Origin: Brevinematales bacterium
GTDB lineage: Bacteria > Spirochaetota > Brevinematia > Brevinematales > GWF1-51-8
NCBI GenBank assembly: GCA_020059465.1
Contig: JAGVBZ010000021.1
Span: 34,788 to 98,787, forward strand
Length of the DNA stretch: 64,000 bases
Reading direction: 5' to 3'
The notes beneath the pieces were generated by a model. It was given only the letters and a program-made list of their open reading frames with translations, had not been told where the DNA came from and made no database searches. Below, piece by piece: positions 29,369 through 39,257 of this stretch; position 1 is the stretch's first letter, and every line of letters begins with the position of its first letter. The position numbers and the translations under genes were made by a program.

Positions 29369-29725
29369 ATGAAGGGATGGTTGATCGTTCTATTATTGAT
29401 GCTTGTTTTCGGTTTCGCTTTTATCATCATGCAGTTTCGGCTGGAATCGAAAACGTTCGAGCTTCAGCTAACGAGTCTCCAGAGAGAAATCGAGACTTAC
29501 AACTCGCAGAAAAGGGAACTTCATATCCTTATCGATAAAGAAATCCAGAGATTATCGCTGCTTGCCGGGAAAGAAGCGGGCGTACCGATCTCGTTCAAAG
29601 ATATCCTCAGTGTTTCGGTTAACGAAACCTATTCCGCGACAAACTCCGCGCCCAAGGCTTCCTATCCGTCGCTCATGGAAATGATCGTTCAGGAGCTCTA
29701 TGAAAAACGGGCAGTGAAAAATTAA
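29369..29725 (+). CDS. FtsL-like bitopic coiled-coil protein
   Basis: Immediately after rsmH; single TM followed by leucine heptads; assignment rests on position and shape. Confidence 0.55.
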   Translation: MKGWLIVLLLMLVFGFAFIIMQFRLESKTFELQLTSLQREIETYNSQKRELHILIDKEIQRLSLLAGKEAGVPISFKDILSVSVNETYSATNSAPKASYPSLMEMIVQELYEKRAVKN

Positions 29726-29733
29726 AAACTTAC

Positions 29734-29762
29734 TTGAATTTGAACGCATTTGATAGTATGAT
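29734..29762 (+). promoter_or_regulatory. Sigma70-type promoter of PEGA/TPR gene
   Basis: TTGAAT-N17-TATGAT. Confidence 0.5.
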
Positions 29763-29799
29763 ATCCGTAGGGTAACGTAAACCTTTTTGGGGGAAACAT

Positions 29800-30990
29800 A
29801 TGAAAAGAATCATTTCATGGTCTCTGATTCTATTATTAGGTTATAACCTCGGTTTCGGTTATACCTTTATCAACTCGCTGCCTATGAAAGCAAATGTCTT
29901 TATCGACGATAAACATGTCGGGACAACTCCCGTACTGATAAAGGATCAGGTCACCGGCGAGCATTCCATCCGGTTCGAACTGGTCGGATATTACAGTTCA
30001 TCCATTCAGGTAAATGTCCAGTCTTCGATAACCAACCTGAATACCATCCTTACCCCGCAGACATTCTCGCTCTATCTGCCCGGCCAACAGGCGATTGTTA
30101 TCAACCAGCAGGAATATAAAAACGAAGAGATCAAAAACCTCCCTGAAGGGTATTACCACTTCAAGCCGGGGCAGGACGCGGTCACGATGCAGAGGCTGAA
30201 TCCCAACGCGCAGTTTATCTATATCAGTCTGGGGGCGACCATCATCGGGCTTGCGGCCGGGATTTTAGGCTCGCTGAACGCCAACGACAGCTATAATAAA
30301 TTCAATCAGGCAACGACCCTCGACGTCGCCGTCAATTATATGAACGCCGCGACATTCTGGGATAACTGCAGCATCTTCGGGTGGACATTGACAGGGCTAG
30401 GCGCGGGAGCGTCTGTGTACTTCCTGATCGACGACGCCAATTTCGCGAAAGAGAACCAGGCGATCAAAGTCGCTTCGCAATCCATTCAGGAAGAGGATGT
30501 AACGTATTACGAGAAAGGGATGGATCTGATCAGCCAGGGCGATACCCCGAACGCCGTGAAGAACTTCCAGAAAATCATCGACAGTTTCCCGAACAGCCGG
30601 TTTATCCCCAGTTCTCTTTTCCGTCTCGCGCAGGTAGCGTTCCAGAATAAAGAGTATAATAAGGCCGCCGAGTTCCTTGAGAGAATCAAGCGCGAGTACC
30701 CGATATACGAAATCTACGAACTGGCGGTCAAACAGCTCGCGGACTGTTATATCGCGCTTCAGAGTTATGATAAGGCAATCGAAAACTATAAAGAGGTGAA
30801 TCAACTCAATACCATCTACTCAAAAGAATCCATCGAATACGCTGTCATCGATACCATGTACCTGCTGTATAAAAAGAATAAAGACCCAAAGGTCAAAGAA
30901 CAGTTGAAAAAACTGGTTTCCGAGTATACCGGGAACCCGTCTTACTCTCAAGATAATAAAAATTCTGTATTAAATATAAAAATTGATTGA
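29800..30990 (+). CDS. PEGA domain + TPR (BamD/YbgF-like repeat) protein
   Basis: INSLPMKANVFIDDKHVGTTP PEGA; two TMs; 'AVKNFQKIIDSFPNS...LFRLA' TPR. Confidence 0.8.
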   Translation: MKRIISWSLILLLGYNLGFGYTFINSLPMKANVFIDDKHVGTTPVLIKDQVTGEHSIRFELVGYYSSSIQVNVQSSITNLNTILTPQTFSLYLPGQQAIVINQQEYKNEEIKNLPEGYYHFKPGQDAVTMQRLNPNAQFIYISLGATIIGLAAGILGSLNANDSYNKFNQATTLDVAVNYMNAATFWDNCSIFGWTLTGLGAGASVYFLIDDANFAKENQAIKVASQSIQEEDVTYYEKGMDLISQGDTPNAVKNFQKIIDSFPNSRFIPSSLFRLAQVAFQNKEYNKAAEFLERIKREYPIYEIYELAVKQLADCYIALQSYDKAIENYKEVNQLNTIYSKESIEYAVIDTMYLLYKKNKDPKVKEQLKKLVSEYTGNPSYSQDNKNSVLNIKID

Positions 30991-31045
30991 CATTTCACAT
31001 AATATTAGAATATAATATCCCTGATGAAAAACTCAGGGGGACTAT

Positions 31046-31333
31046 ATGGTTCAGAGTAAAACAGCGAAAGTTGAAGAAGCGGCGGCGCTCTTAAAGGCGC
31101 TTTCGCATCCCGTTCGTCTTCTCATTCTTAAAACTCTCATGAAAGAGAAATGCAATGTCACGAATCTGGAGAAAATTTCCGGCTTATCGCAGTCCGGAGT
31201 TTCCCAGCATCTCCGCATCCTTCGTCTTTCAGGAATCATCGAGGCGCAACGCGACGGAAAAGAAATTTGCTACAAAATTATTAACCCGATGGCGGTTAAA
31301 ATTGTCGAGGTTCTTTGCGCCGGCTCGAATTAA
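31046..31333 (+). CDS. ArsR/SmtB family transcriptional regulator
   Basis: LKALSHPVRLLIL, SQSGVSQHLRILR, REGK-like wing; upstream TTGACA-N18-TATAAT (30987-31016). Confidence 0.92.
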   Translation: MVQSKTAKVEEAAALLKALSHPVRLLILKTLMKEKCNVTNLEKISGLSQSGVSQHLRILRLSGIIEAQRDGKEICYKIINPMAVKIVEVLCAGSN

Positions 31334-31379
31334 GAGTTAGTAAAGCAGTCTACCGGAAGAAAGGGCGTTCATTTCAGTC

Positions 31380-32120
31380 TCAGGGCAGGTCCGGCAATTC
31401 CGGGTCGAACCCGCCCTTTGCGGCGATATATTTCCTTAACGCTTCATCCTTCGTATAGGTTAACGGCGTTGCTCCGTTTTTATCCGTAGGGTTTATCAAC
31501 GCTCCCTTCTTGAGTAATATTTTCACTATCGCACTGTTGTTGTTACTGCATGCCAGATGCATCGGAGTCAACTGATTCGACGGGTCAGGTATATCGATTC
31601 TCGCGCCGTTATTCACCAGAAAATCGGCGATCGCGGTAAACCCGTTCATCGCCGCAATATGAAGCGGCGCCCACCTCATCCTCCAATCCCCGGTCTCGGG
31701 ATCTATCGGTTCCGTCTTGAATTTCGCAATCGACACCAGGAATTTTACCAGCGCCAGGTTCGTCCGTTCCACCGCGAGCATCAGCAAGTTTTCGGTGGGT
31801 ATCGCCCCCCGGATCATCAGGTTGCTGACCATGACGACGTCCCATTTCATCACCGCCGCTTCGATCGGGGTGACCCTCAGCATGATACTGCTCACTGCCC
31901 CGTTGGTATTGGTGACATAAACCATCCCCACAAACGGCTGGTTCACGTCATACCCCATGATGAATAATTCCGCGACCCGGTTGGTATTCATCGAGTCGAG
32001 CGCCTTATAGAGCGCGAATTCCTCCGGCTGCGCCGCCGCATTAGTGTCATGCCCCTTACCGCCGTCCCCGTTGCATGCCGTTAGAAATATGACAGAAAGT
32101 ACCGTTATTAGTTTTTTCAT
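31380..32120 (-). CDS. Ankyrin-repeat lipoprotein
   Basis: Lipobox FLTAC; APLHIAAMNG, TPMHLAC, GATPL. Confidence 0.88.
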   Translation of the reverse strand: MKKLITVLSVIFLTACNGDGGKGHDTNAAAQPEEFALYKALDSMNTNRVAELFIMGYDVNQPFVGMVYVTNTNGAVSSIMLRVTPIEAAVMKWDVVMVSNLMIRGAIPTENLLMLAVERTNLALVKFLVSIAKFKTEPIDPETGDWRMRWAPLHIAAMNGFTAIADFLVNNGARIDIPDPSNQLTPMHLACSNNNSAIVKILLKKGALINPTDKNGATPLTYTKDEALRKYIAAKGGFDPELPDLP

Positions 32121-32133
32121 TTCGCCCCTCCTC

Positions 32134-32970
32134 TCAAAAATCCGAACCCTTTTTCATATAATATCCCTGAATCTCGTTATAAGCGGAGTAGATGAAAAAC
32201 GCCAGTTTTCCGTTGTGGAACACCGGGGAGTACATCGTAAGAATCGGACGCTTGATAAAGAAACGGTCCTCGCCCTGTCCGGTCTCGTAGACCTTCTTGA
32301 TATAATCGAGCTGATCGGGGTCGCTTATTTCAAAGAGCGAATCCGATATCGCGGATATCAGTTTCTGCTGCGGGGGAAGCGACGTACGGTTCAGGCGGAG
32401 GAATATCAGCGAGCCGTTCATCATTTTCGGGAAAATAATCTCTACATTTTTCATCTTTGTGGTCAGCGCCTCGATGACAGTCAGGTTACTGAGGATACGC
32501 AGCGGCTTCGTCTCATTCTGTACATCCTGGGCGATCTGACCGAGCTGGGAAGCAAACGCCGTCTTAAACTGCCCAAGCTCGTTGCGGATTTCCTGCGTCG
32601 AGGCGCGGGTGTTCTCCTGATTGATAAAATGCAATGCCAGCGCGATAAAAATGATCACGAAAAATATTCCCCCGACCGCAATGGAAACGCCCTTCCACGA
32701 CACCTGCCGTTCATCGGACTTGCCGGACTTTGCAAGTGTGTCGGAGATAATATTCAGGTTGACCGCGACATTGAGGATAACCAGCGCGGCGAGAATGACG
32801 ATTACCCCGGCGATCATGGCGTAGAACAGGTTGCCGGTGAACCCGCCGAAAACGGTATAATCGAAGGTCTCGATAATGAGATATACTATGATCCAGAGGA
32901 AAAGGATAATGATGAAGAAAATCATCGCATAAAGCGACCAGCGTTTCAGCCTCTGGTAGAATTTTTCCAT
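32134..32970 (-). CDS. Hypothetical membrane protein (3 TM)
   Basis: 278 aa, AAGGAG RBS, upstream TTGACT-N16-TATAAT at 32998-33025. Confidence 0.7.
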   Translation of the reverse strand: MEKFYQRLKRWSLYAMIFFIIILFLWIIVYLIIETFDYTVFGGFTGNLFYAMIAGVIVILAALVILNVAVNLNIISDTLAKSGKSDERQVSWKGVSIAVGGIFFVIIFIALALHFINQENTRASTQEIRNELGQFKTAFASQLGQIAQDVQNETKPLRILSNLTVIEALTTKMKNVEIIFPKMMNGSLIFLRLNRTSLPPQQKLISAISDSLFEISDPDQLDYIKKVYETGQGEDRFFIKRPILTMYSPVFHNGKLAFFIYSAYNEIQGYYMKKGSDF

Positions 32971-33130
32971 GACGCGCTCCTTGATTATGCTTCTATTATT
33001 ATATCCCCGCCCGCGTAAAAGTCAAGGTGCTGCGCACACTATTCCCGATATGAAACCGGTATCCTATATCCTGATATAGCCCGTGTTCGGGACGGCATGA
33101 TAAACCCGTGATCTGATAAGCGGATGAAAG

Positions 33131-33577
33131 CTATTTCTCCGGCTTCTTCTTCAGAAGATAAGCCCTCGGGGCGAAACTGAGTTTTTCATAGAACGGCAGT
33201 ACTTCCTCGTTTCCGGCGGCGACATAGATAGTAATATTCTCCGCCCCTTCCCGTTCCAGCCAATCGAGGCATCTTCGGAAAAGTTCCGCGCCGATACCTT
33301 TGCCCCGAAGTTCGGGCTCTAAATAAAGCGACTCGATCTCCCCCTTTCCCTTACTGTCGATAGACGCGACGCAGTATCCTTTCAGTACGCCGCCGATAGA
33401 AACCGTATGGGTTTCCAATCTCGCTTTTGACATCAGTTCAGCCTTCTGGTCGTTCCATGCCTTCTTTTCAAAGAAGCTCTTAAAAATATCCGCGCGTTCG
33501 GCATGATGCTGACGCTGTTTTTCCCAAAGAGGAGCGATCATGTCGATATCCCGAACATCCTGATTCTGATAATCCAT
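33131..33577 (-). CDS. GNAT family N-acetyltransferase
   Basis: EIESLYLEPELRGKGIG, GNEEVLPFYEKL. Confidence 0.9.
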   Translation of the reverse strand: MDYQNQDVRDIDMIAPLWEKQRQHHAERADIFKSFFEKKAWNDQKAELMSKARLETHTVSIGGVLKGYCVASIDSKGKGEIESLYLEPELRGKGIGAELFRRCLDWLEREGAENITIYVAAGNEEVLPFYEKLSFAPRAYLLKKKPEK

Positions 33578-33586
33578 TTCCCCTCC

Positions 33587-33991
33587 CTATGTCGTAAGAT
33601 AGGTGATGAACATCGGGAGGCTATCGTCGTTTACCTTGAATCCGCAGCGCTCGTAGAATCCTGTCTCTTCCTTATAGGAAATCACCACCTTCCGGGCATA
33701 GTCTTTATAATCCGCAAGCATCCGCATAACGAGTTTCTTCCCGATACCCTGGGAATGGTATTCCGGACGAACCAGTATATAATGGAAATAGGCAGTCATT
33801 ATCCCGTCGGAAAGCGCGTTCATCAGACCGACCAGCTTATCGCCGTCCCACGCTGAGTACACCCTGTCGGAATTCCTCATGGCGATAACGAGTTTATCCG
33901 GGTATTTTCCCGACGACCATTCCACCGATAAAAATAATTCCTCCAAATCCCGCGCCCTAAATTCCTTCGTATCCCGGATATCGATTTCCAT
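33587..33991 (-). CDS. GNAT family N-acetyltransferase
   Basis: LVRPEYHSQGIGKKL, FYERCGF. Confidence 0.9.
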   Translation of the reverse strand: MEIDIRDTKEFRARDLEELFLSVEWSSGKYPDKLVIAMRNSDRVYSAWDGDKLVGLMNALSDGIMTAYFHYILVRPEYHSQGIGKKLVMRMLADYKDYARKVVISYKEETGFYERCGFKVNDDSLPMFITYLTT

Positions 33992-34152
33992 AAACCCTCC
34001 ATCAAACTGTAATTTTACAATGAACCGTCCTAAAAATCAAGAAACCCATCACGTATCATAATGATACATGTATATAATAATGACCCACATTCGCTTGACG
34101 CATGCCCATCCGATTTATTAGATTCATTAGACAACTCTACAGGAGGACAAAT

Positions 34153-36729
34153 ATGAACCTCAGTAAAATGACCCTGAAATCGAGGGAAGCGTTCGAGAAG
34201 TCAGTAGAACTCGCATCGTCGATGAACCATCAGGAGATCGGCTCTGAACACCTCCTGCTTACCATGCTTAGTCAGGACGACGGGCTGGTGCTCCCTATCC
34301 TGAATAATATGGAAGCGAACATCGGACTTCTGCGTTCCCGTCTGGAAGACCGCCTGAAGCAGAAGCCGCGCATCCAGGGTGCGGGGCAGAATTTTATGTC
34401 TAAGGAACTGAACCTCGCCGTCGAGCGCGCATCGAAGGAAGGCGCGCGGCTGCATGACGAATATATAAGTACCGAACATCTATTAATTGGTGTCGTATCC
34501 TCTCAGGACGCTTCTCTGAAAGCGTTGTTTCAGGAAACAAATATCAAGTACGACAGCATCCTTCTCGCGCTGAAAAACGTACGCGGTTCCCACCGTATCA
34601 CCGACGAGGCGCCGGAAGGGAAATTCCGCGCGCTCGATAAGTACACCCGCGACCTCACCGATCTGGCGCGGCAGGGAAAGATCGACCCGGTGATCGGGCG
34701 TGACGGCGAGATACGCCGTTCGATGCAGGTACTATCCCGCCGGACGAAGAACAATCCCGTGCTGATCGGTGAGGCGGGGGTCGGGAAAACCGCGATCGCA
34801 GAGGGTTTGGCCCGACGTATCATCGCGGGCGACGTTCCCGAAGGGCTGCGCGGAAAACGAATTCTTTCGCTCGACCTCGGCCTGCTGATCGCCGGGACTA
34901 AGTACCGCGGCGAATTCGAGGACCGGCTCAAGGCGCTCCTGAAAGAACTGACCGAGAGCGAGGGGGAGGCCATCCTGTTTATCGACGAACTGCATACGGT
35001 TGTCGGCGCAGGTTCCGCGGAGGGCGCGATGGACGCGGGAAATATGCTCAAACCCGCTCTCGCGCGCGGCGAAATCCGTGTGATCGGCGCGACCACTCTC
35101 GACGAGTACCGGAAGTATATCGAGAAGGATAAGGCGCTCGAGCGCCGTTTCCAGCCCGTCAATGTGCCCGAACCCTCGGTCGAGGATACCATCTCAATTC
35201 TGCGGGGTATCAGGGAGAAGTATGAGGTGCATCACGGTATCAAGATAGAGGACTCCGCATTAGTCGCCGCGGCTCAACTCTCGACCCGTTATATCACCGA
35301 GCGTCATCTGCCCGATAAAGCGATCGACCTCGTGGACGAGGCGGCGTCGAAGATCAGGATGGAGATCGAGTCCCAGCCGCAGGTTATCGACGACCTCGAC
35401 CGCAGGGTGACCCGTCTCGCGATAGAAAAACAGGCCCTCGCCCGGGAACGCGACAAGGACTCGAAGGAACGCCTCGCGTCGATAGAAAAGGAACTCGCCG
35501 ATCTGCGCGAACAGCTTTCCGGCTACAAGGCGCAGTGGGAAAAGGAAAAAGAAATTATCCGTCAGATAAAGGATACCAACGCACAGATCGACAACCTGCG
35601 CGGGGAGGAGGAACGATCCGAACGCGCGGGCGATCTCAACCGTGTCGCGGAAATCCGTTACGGGCTTATCCCCGAGAACGAGAAACTCCTGAAAGGGCTG
35701 CAGACAAAACTGAAGGATATACAGGGAGACCGCCCGCTTCTCCGCGAGGAGATCACCGACGAGGATATCGCGCGGATCGTTTCCGAATGGACGGGGGTAC
35801 CGGTATCGCGGATGCTCGAATCGGAGAAGCAGAAGCTCATCCGTCTCGAGGACGAACTCGCGAAGAAGGTGATCGGACAGGAGGCCGCGATATCCGCGGT
35901 CGCCAACGCGGTACGCCGTTCACGCGCGGGACTGCAGGAAGAATCGCGCCCGATCGGGAGTTTCCTGTTCCTCGGCCCCACCGGCGTAGGAAAGACCGAA
36001 CTCTCGAAGACCCTCGCGCGGTTTATGTTCGACACCGACAAGTCTCTCGTGCGGATCGATATGAGCGAGTATATGGAGAAATTCTCCGTACAGCGCCTGA
36101 TCGGCGCGCCTCCGGGATATGTCGGGTACGAGGAGGGCGGACAGCTCACCGAAGTCGTGCGCAGGCGGCCGTACGCGGTCGTGCTGTTCGATGAGATCGA
36201 AAAGGCGCATCCCGACGTGTTCAACATCCTGCTCCAGATACTGGACGACGGGCGTCTCACCGACGGGCAGGGGCGCGTGGTGAACTTCACGAATACGGTC
36301 ATTATTATGACATCGAACGCCGGCTCGAATATTATCCACGAATGGGACGAGGAGAACGACGAACGCCTCCGCGAAAAGATTATGGATGTGCTGAAGGCGC
36401 AGTTCCGACCGGAGTTCCTGAATCGTATCGACGAGATTATCACATTCCGCGCGCTGTCGCAGGAAGATATCCTGAATATTGTGGATATCCGACTCGCTGA
36501 AGTCGCTAAGCGTCTCGAGGCAAAGAAGCTGAAGCTCGACGTCACCCCGAAGGCGAAGGCATGGCTCGCGAAGCACGGCTACGACCCGCATTTCGGCGCG
36601 CGGCCCTTGAAGCGGGTTATCCAGCGCGAGATACTCGACAAGCTCGCGGTCGCGATGCTCGCGGGGAATTACCCTGAGGGGCAGACGGTCAAGGCAGACG
36701 CGGACGATCAGGGAATTATTATTAAATAG
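34153..36729 (+). CDS. clpB: ATP-dependent chaperone ClpB
   Basis: Clp N-domain, two Walker A ([16 protein letters not shown]), M-domain coiled coil, GAPPGYVGY; ATG 34153 with AGGAGG RBS. Confidence 0.98.
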   Translation: MNLSKMTLKSREAFEKSVELASSMNHQEIGSEHLLLTMLSQDDGLVLPILNNMEANIGLLRSRLEDRLKQKPRIQGAGQNFMSKELNLAVERASKEGARLHDEYISTEHLLIGVVSSQDASLKALFQETNIKYDSILLALKNVRGSHRITDEAPEGKFRALDKYTRDLTDLARQGKIDPVIGRDGEIRRSMQVLSRRTKNNPVLIGEAGVGKTAIAEGLARRIIAGDVPEGLRGKRILSLDLGLLIAGTKYRGEFEDRLKALLKELTESEGEAILFIDELHTVVGAGSAEGAMDAGNMLKPALARGEIRVIGATTLDEYRKYIEKDKALERRFQPVNVPEPSVEDTISILRGIREKYEVHHGIKIEDSALVAAAQLSTRYITERHLPDKAIDLVDEAASKIRMEIESQPQVIDDLDRRVTRLAIEKQALARERDKDSKERLASIEKELADLREQLSGYKAQWEKEKEIIRQIKDTNAQIDNLRGEEERSERAGDLNRVAEIRYGLIPENEKLLKGLQTKLKDIQGDRPLLREEITDEDIARIVSEWTGVPVSRMLESEKQKLIRLEDELAKKVIGQEAAISAVANAVRRSRAGLQEESRPIGSFLFLGPTGVGKTELSKTLARFMFDTDKSLVRIDMSEYMEKFSVQRLIGAPPGYVGYEEGGQLTEVVRRRPYAVVLFDEIEKAHPDVFNILLQILDDGRLTDGQGRVVNFTNTVIIMTSNAGSNIIHEWDEENDERLREKIMDVLKAQFRPEFLNRIDEIITFRALSQEDILNIVDIRLAEVAKRLEAKKLKLDVTPKAKAWLAKHGYDPHFGARPLKRVIQREILDKLAVAMLAGNYPEGQTVKADADDQGIIIK

Positions 36730-36732
36730 AAT

Positions 36733-36765
36733 TAAGCCCCCGGTGATTGCCGGGGGATGTTTTTA
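36733..36765 (+). terminator. Intrinsic terminator after clpB
   Basis: CCCCCGG-TGATTG-CCGGGGG then TGTTTTT. Confidence 0.75.
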
Positions 36766-36807
36766 TTCATGACAGGAATCCATTTAAAGACGTGTCTATA
36801 GAATTTC

Positions 36808-37497
36808 CTATCTTCTTCCCCTATACACCGCGAAGTTATAATACTTCCATACGACGTCTGTCTCCCCGAAGCCGCATTCACTCATCATAGCGAGATGCCT
36901 TGTCAATACTTCCGGGCGGTCTTCGTCATGGTACTTATTTATCCACGTATTCTCTATTTCGTCCGCCGGAACTTTTTTCAGCATGAAGTTCTTCCATCGC
37001 TCAAGGTACATATCCTGCAATCTGTCCGACGAGCCCAGCACAATATCGGCGTTCACAAATACCCCGCCCGGCGCGAGCGCGTTATAAATTCTCCGGTAGA
37101 ATTCCAGCTTCTCATCGAGGGTCTCGATATGATGCAATGCGAGCGAAGACACGGCGAGGTCGTACTGCCTGTCGAACAGGTAATCGGCGAAACTCCCCTG
37201 CTCGAAGCGGACATCCGGATACTCGCGAAGTTTGTACCGCGCGATATCGAGCATTTTCGCTGAAAGGTCCATACATGTCATGCTCGCGTGCGGATAGTGT
37301 TTCAGTATTTCGAGCGCGGACGTACCAGTACCGCATCCGAGATCGATGACCTCGACCGGCGCGCCGCGATCGAGGCAAACCGACAGCGCGAGCGCTTCGA
37401 TCATTGCGGGATAGTACGGCACAAGCCTCAGGATGATATTATCGAATTCCCGGGCTTCGTTGTCAAAATGGGTTTTAATCCGGTTTGTATGGCGCAT
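36808..37497 (-). CDS. Class I SAM-dependent methyltransferase
   Basis: IDLGCGTG, DLSAKML, SSLALHH, LAPGG. Confidence 0.9.
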   Translation of the reverse strand: MRHTNRIKTHFDNEAREFDNIILRLVPYYPAMIEALALSVCLDRGAPVEVIDLGCGTGTSALEILKHYPHASMTCMDLSAKMLDIARYKLREYPDVRFEQGSFADYLFDRQYDLAVSSLALHHIETLDEKLEFYRRIYNALAPGGVFVNADIVLGSSDRLQDMYLERWKNFMLKKVPADEIENTWINKYHDEDRPEVLTRHLAMMSECGFGETDVVWKYYNFAVYRGRR

Positions 37498-37505
37498 CGA
37501 CCACC

Positions 37506-38783
37506 TCAGATTTTTTCTTCAACCGCATAGACCTGAATTTTATCCTTTTTCCCTTTTACCTCGACCGGGTCCATGGGTACTAAAGAATATTCTTCGCCAA
37601 TACCCTTTCTGGTCTGTTCGTCCACCAGCAGAGCGCGCCCGAAGTGCTTGCACAATCCTTCGATCCGGGAGGCAGTATTGACTGTATCGCCGATAGCTGT
37701 GAATTCCATCCGCTCGCTGCTCCCGATATTTCCGACAATCGCCGGCCCTGTCGAAATCCCGATACCGATACTGATCTCCGGCTTTCCCGAAGCGGTAAGT
37801 TCCGCGTTCAGCCGGACAAGCCGTTCGCGGATTTTCATAGCGGCGCGGACAGCTCTCAGCCTGAAATCTTCCATATGTATAGGCGCTCCGAACAGCGCCA
37901 TCAGACAGTCCCCTATCATCTTATCCACAATCCCTTCCTGCTCGAATACCGCGGGAGTCATCAGAGAAAAAAAACGGTTCAGAAGCGCCACAATTTCGGC
38001 GGGGGATGTTTTTTCTGAAAATGAGGTAAAATTTCTGATATCGCAGAAAAGTACGGAGATTATTTTTTCCTCGCCTCCCAGTTCCAATTCGCCGCTCAAC
38101 GCCTTTTCGGCGACCTCCGCCGAAACATACCGTCCGAACACGCCCGTCACATAGAGTTTTTCCTCCAGGCGTTTATAGTTTTCCTCGATAATACTTCTCG
38201 CGTAGTTGCTGATGAACGAAGTCAGGAAAACCGACGCGAGCACGATGCTCAACACTGTGAAATATGAAAAAATCCATAGAGGAATAAAAGGATTGACAGT
38301 CAGTATATCCCAGATCATTACAGCAATTGTCAGCAAAAATACCGTTAACCCGTTAAAAAACGTCAGATTCCGGTCGAACCTGAATCCCGATAACGCGATG
38401 ATAAAAAATGATGCCGTAAATGCGGGAACATGTACTGCGAGCGGATAGAATTCGCGGGGAATCATAATCCGAATTAAAATCAGCATCATGGACAGAAACA
38501 GAATATCTGTCAGCGAAACGATATACTTAACCCAGGAGCGGTAGGTTTTTGCGGAATTCGCCCGGAGAACAGCAGCATCCATAATGATCATTACCGGAAG
38601 CGAAATCATCACTCCGTAGAACATCAGGTCGAGTTCCGTCCCCATCACCAGACGGGCTAAAACGGCGATGAATGTTGATATCGCGTGTATTGTTATCCTA
38701 AAAATATGAATTCGGGCTTCGGTGGCTATCTCCCGCTGCTCTAAAAATTCCTGTAACGAATCCGGCCGGTCAGGTTTTTTCAT
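37506..38783 (-). CDS. Membrane-bound class III adenylate/guanylate cyclase
   Basis: ~6 TM; LFCDIRNFT, DKMIGD, FTAIGDTVNTASRIE, VKGK. Confidence 0.93.
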   Translation of the reverse strand: MKKPDRPDSLQEFLEQREIATEARIHIFRITIHAISTFIAVLARLVMGTELDLMFYGVMISLPVMIIMDAAVLRANSAKTYRSWVKYIVSLTDILFLSMMLILIRIMIPREFYPLAVHVPAFTASFFIIALSGFRFDRNLTFFNGLTVFLLTIAVMIWDILTVNPFIPLWIFSYFTVLSIVLASVFLTSFISNYARSIIEENYKRLEEKLYVTGVFGRYVSAEVAEKALSGELELGGEEKIISVLFCDIRNFTSFSEKTSPAEIVALLNRFFSLMTPAVFEQEGIVDKMIGDCLMALFGAPIHMEDFRLRAVRAAMKIRERLVRLNAELTASGKPEISIGIGISTGPAIVGNIGSSERMEFTAIGDTVNTASRIEGLCKHFGRALLVDEQTRKGIGEEYSLVPMDPVEVKGKKDKIQVYAVEEKI

Positions 38784-39176
38784 TATATCCGCCTTTCGCC
38801 CTGTTTAAAGCGATACGATCTTTTCACGCCCATACGGACAGGGTTTGCTTATTTTAACATACCGATGGTTTTTGTCAATAGATGAAAACTACACCACCAC
38901 TTCCGTGAACAGAGCGGCAGGCTTTTCAGTAAGTATTCAGTCCCGAATACCATGACCATCCCGGTCGATGCGGCGGTTGACAGATACTGATGCAGCGCTA
39001 TAAACGTATCGGTATCGAAAATAGATTCTTGTGCATATCGCATTATTTTTCAAAGTGCATTACGCATGCGATTTGTGAGAAAACCGTGATGCTGAAGGAA
39101 TCATCAGATTCTATCTTATTAGCAGACATGCAGTTATTTTTTATGCCGATTGGCATGATTCTTGATGTATATATTA

Positions 39177-39190
39177 TGTAAGCGCTATCA
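39177..39190 (+). promoter_or_regulatory. cre-like / LacI-family operator upstream of amylase
   Basis: TGTAAGCGCTATCA fits TGWAANCGNTNWCA and abuts a TATTAT -10-like box. Confidence 0.6.
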
Positions 39191-39257
39191 CAGCTTTTTC
39201 AGTTAATGAAAAATTTAATTCAGTTTTTCACGTATTAATTTAGTAATGGAGGTTATT

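Noticed and set aside
38790-39150. Riboswitch or small ORFs in the cyclase-amylase intergenic region
   Set aside because: No recognisable aptamer consensus or strong stems; the short ORFs lack RBS and motifs
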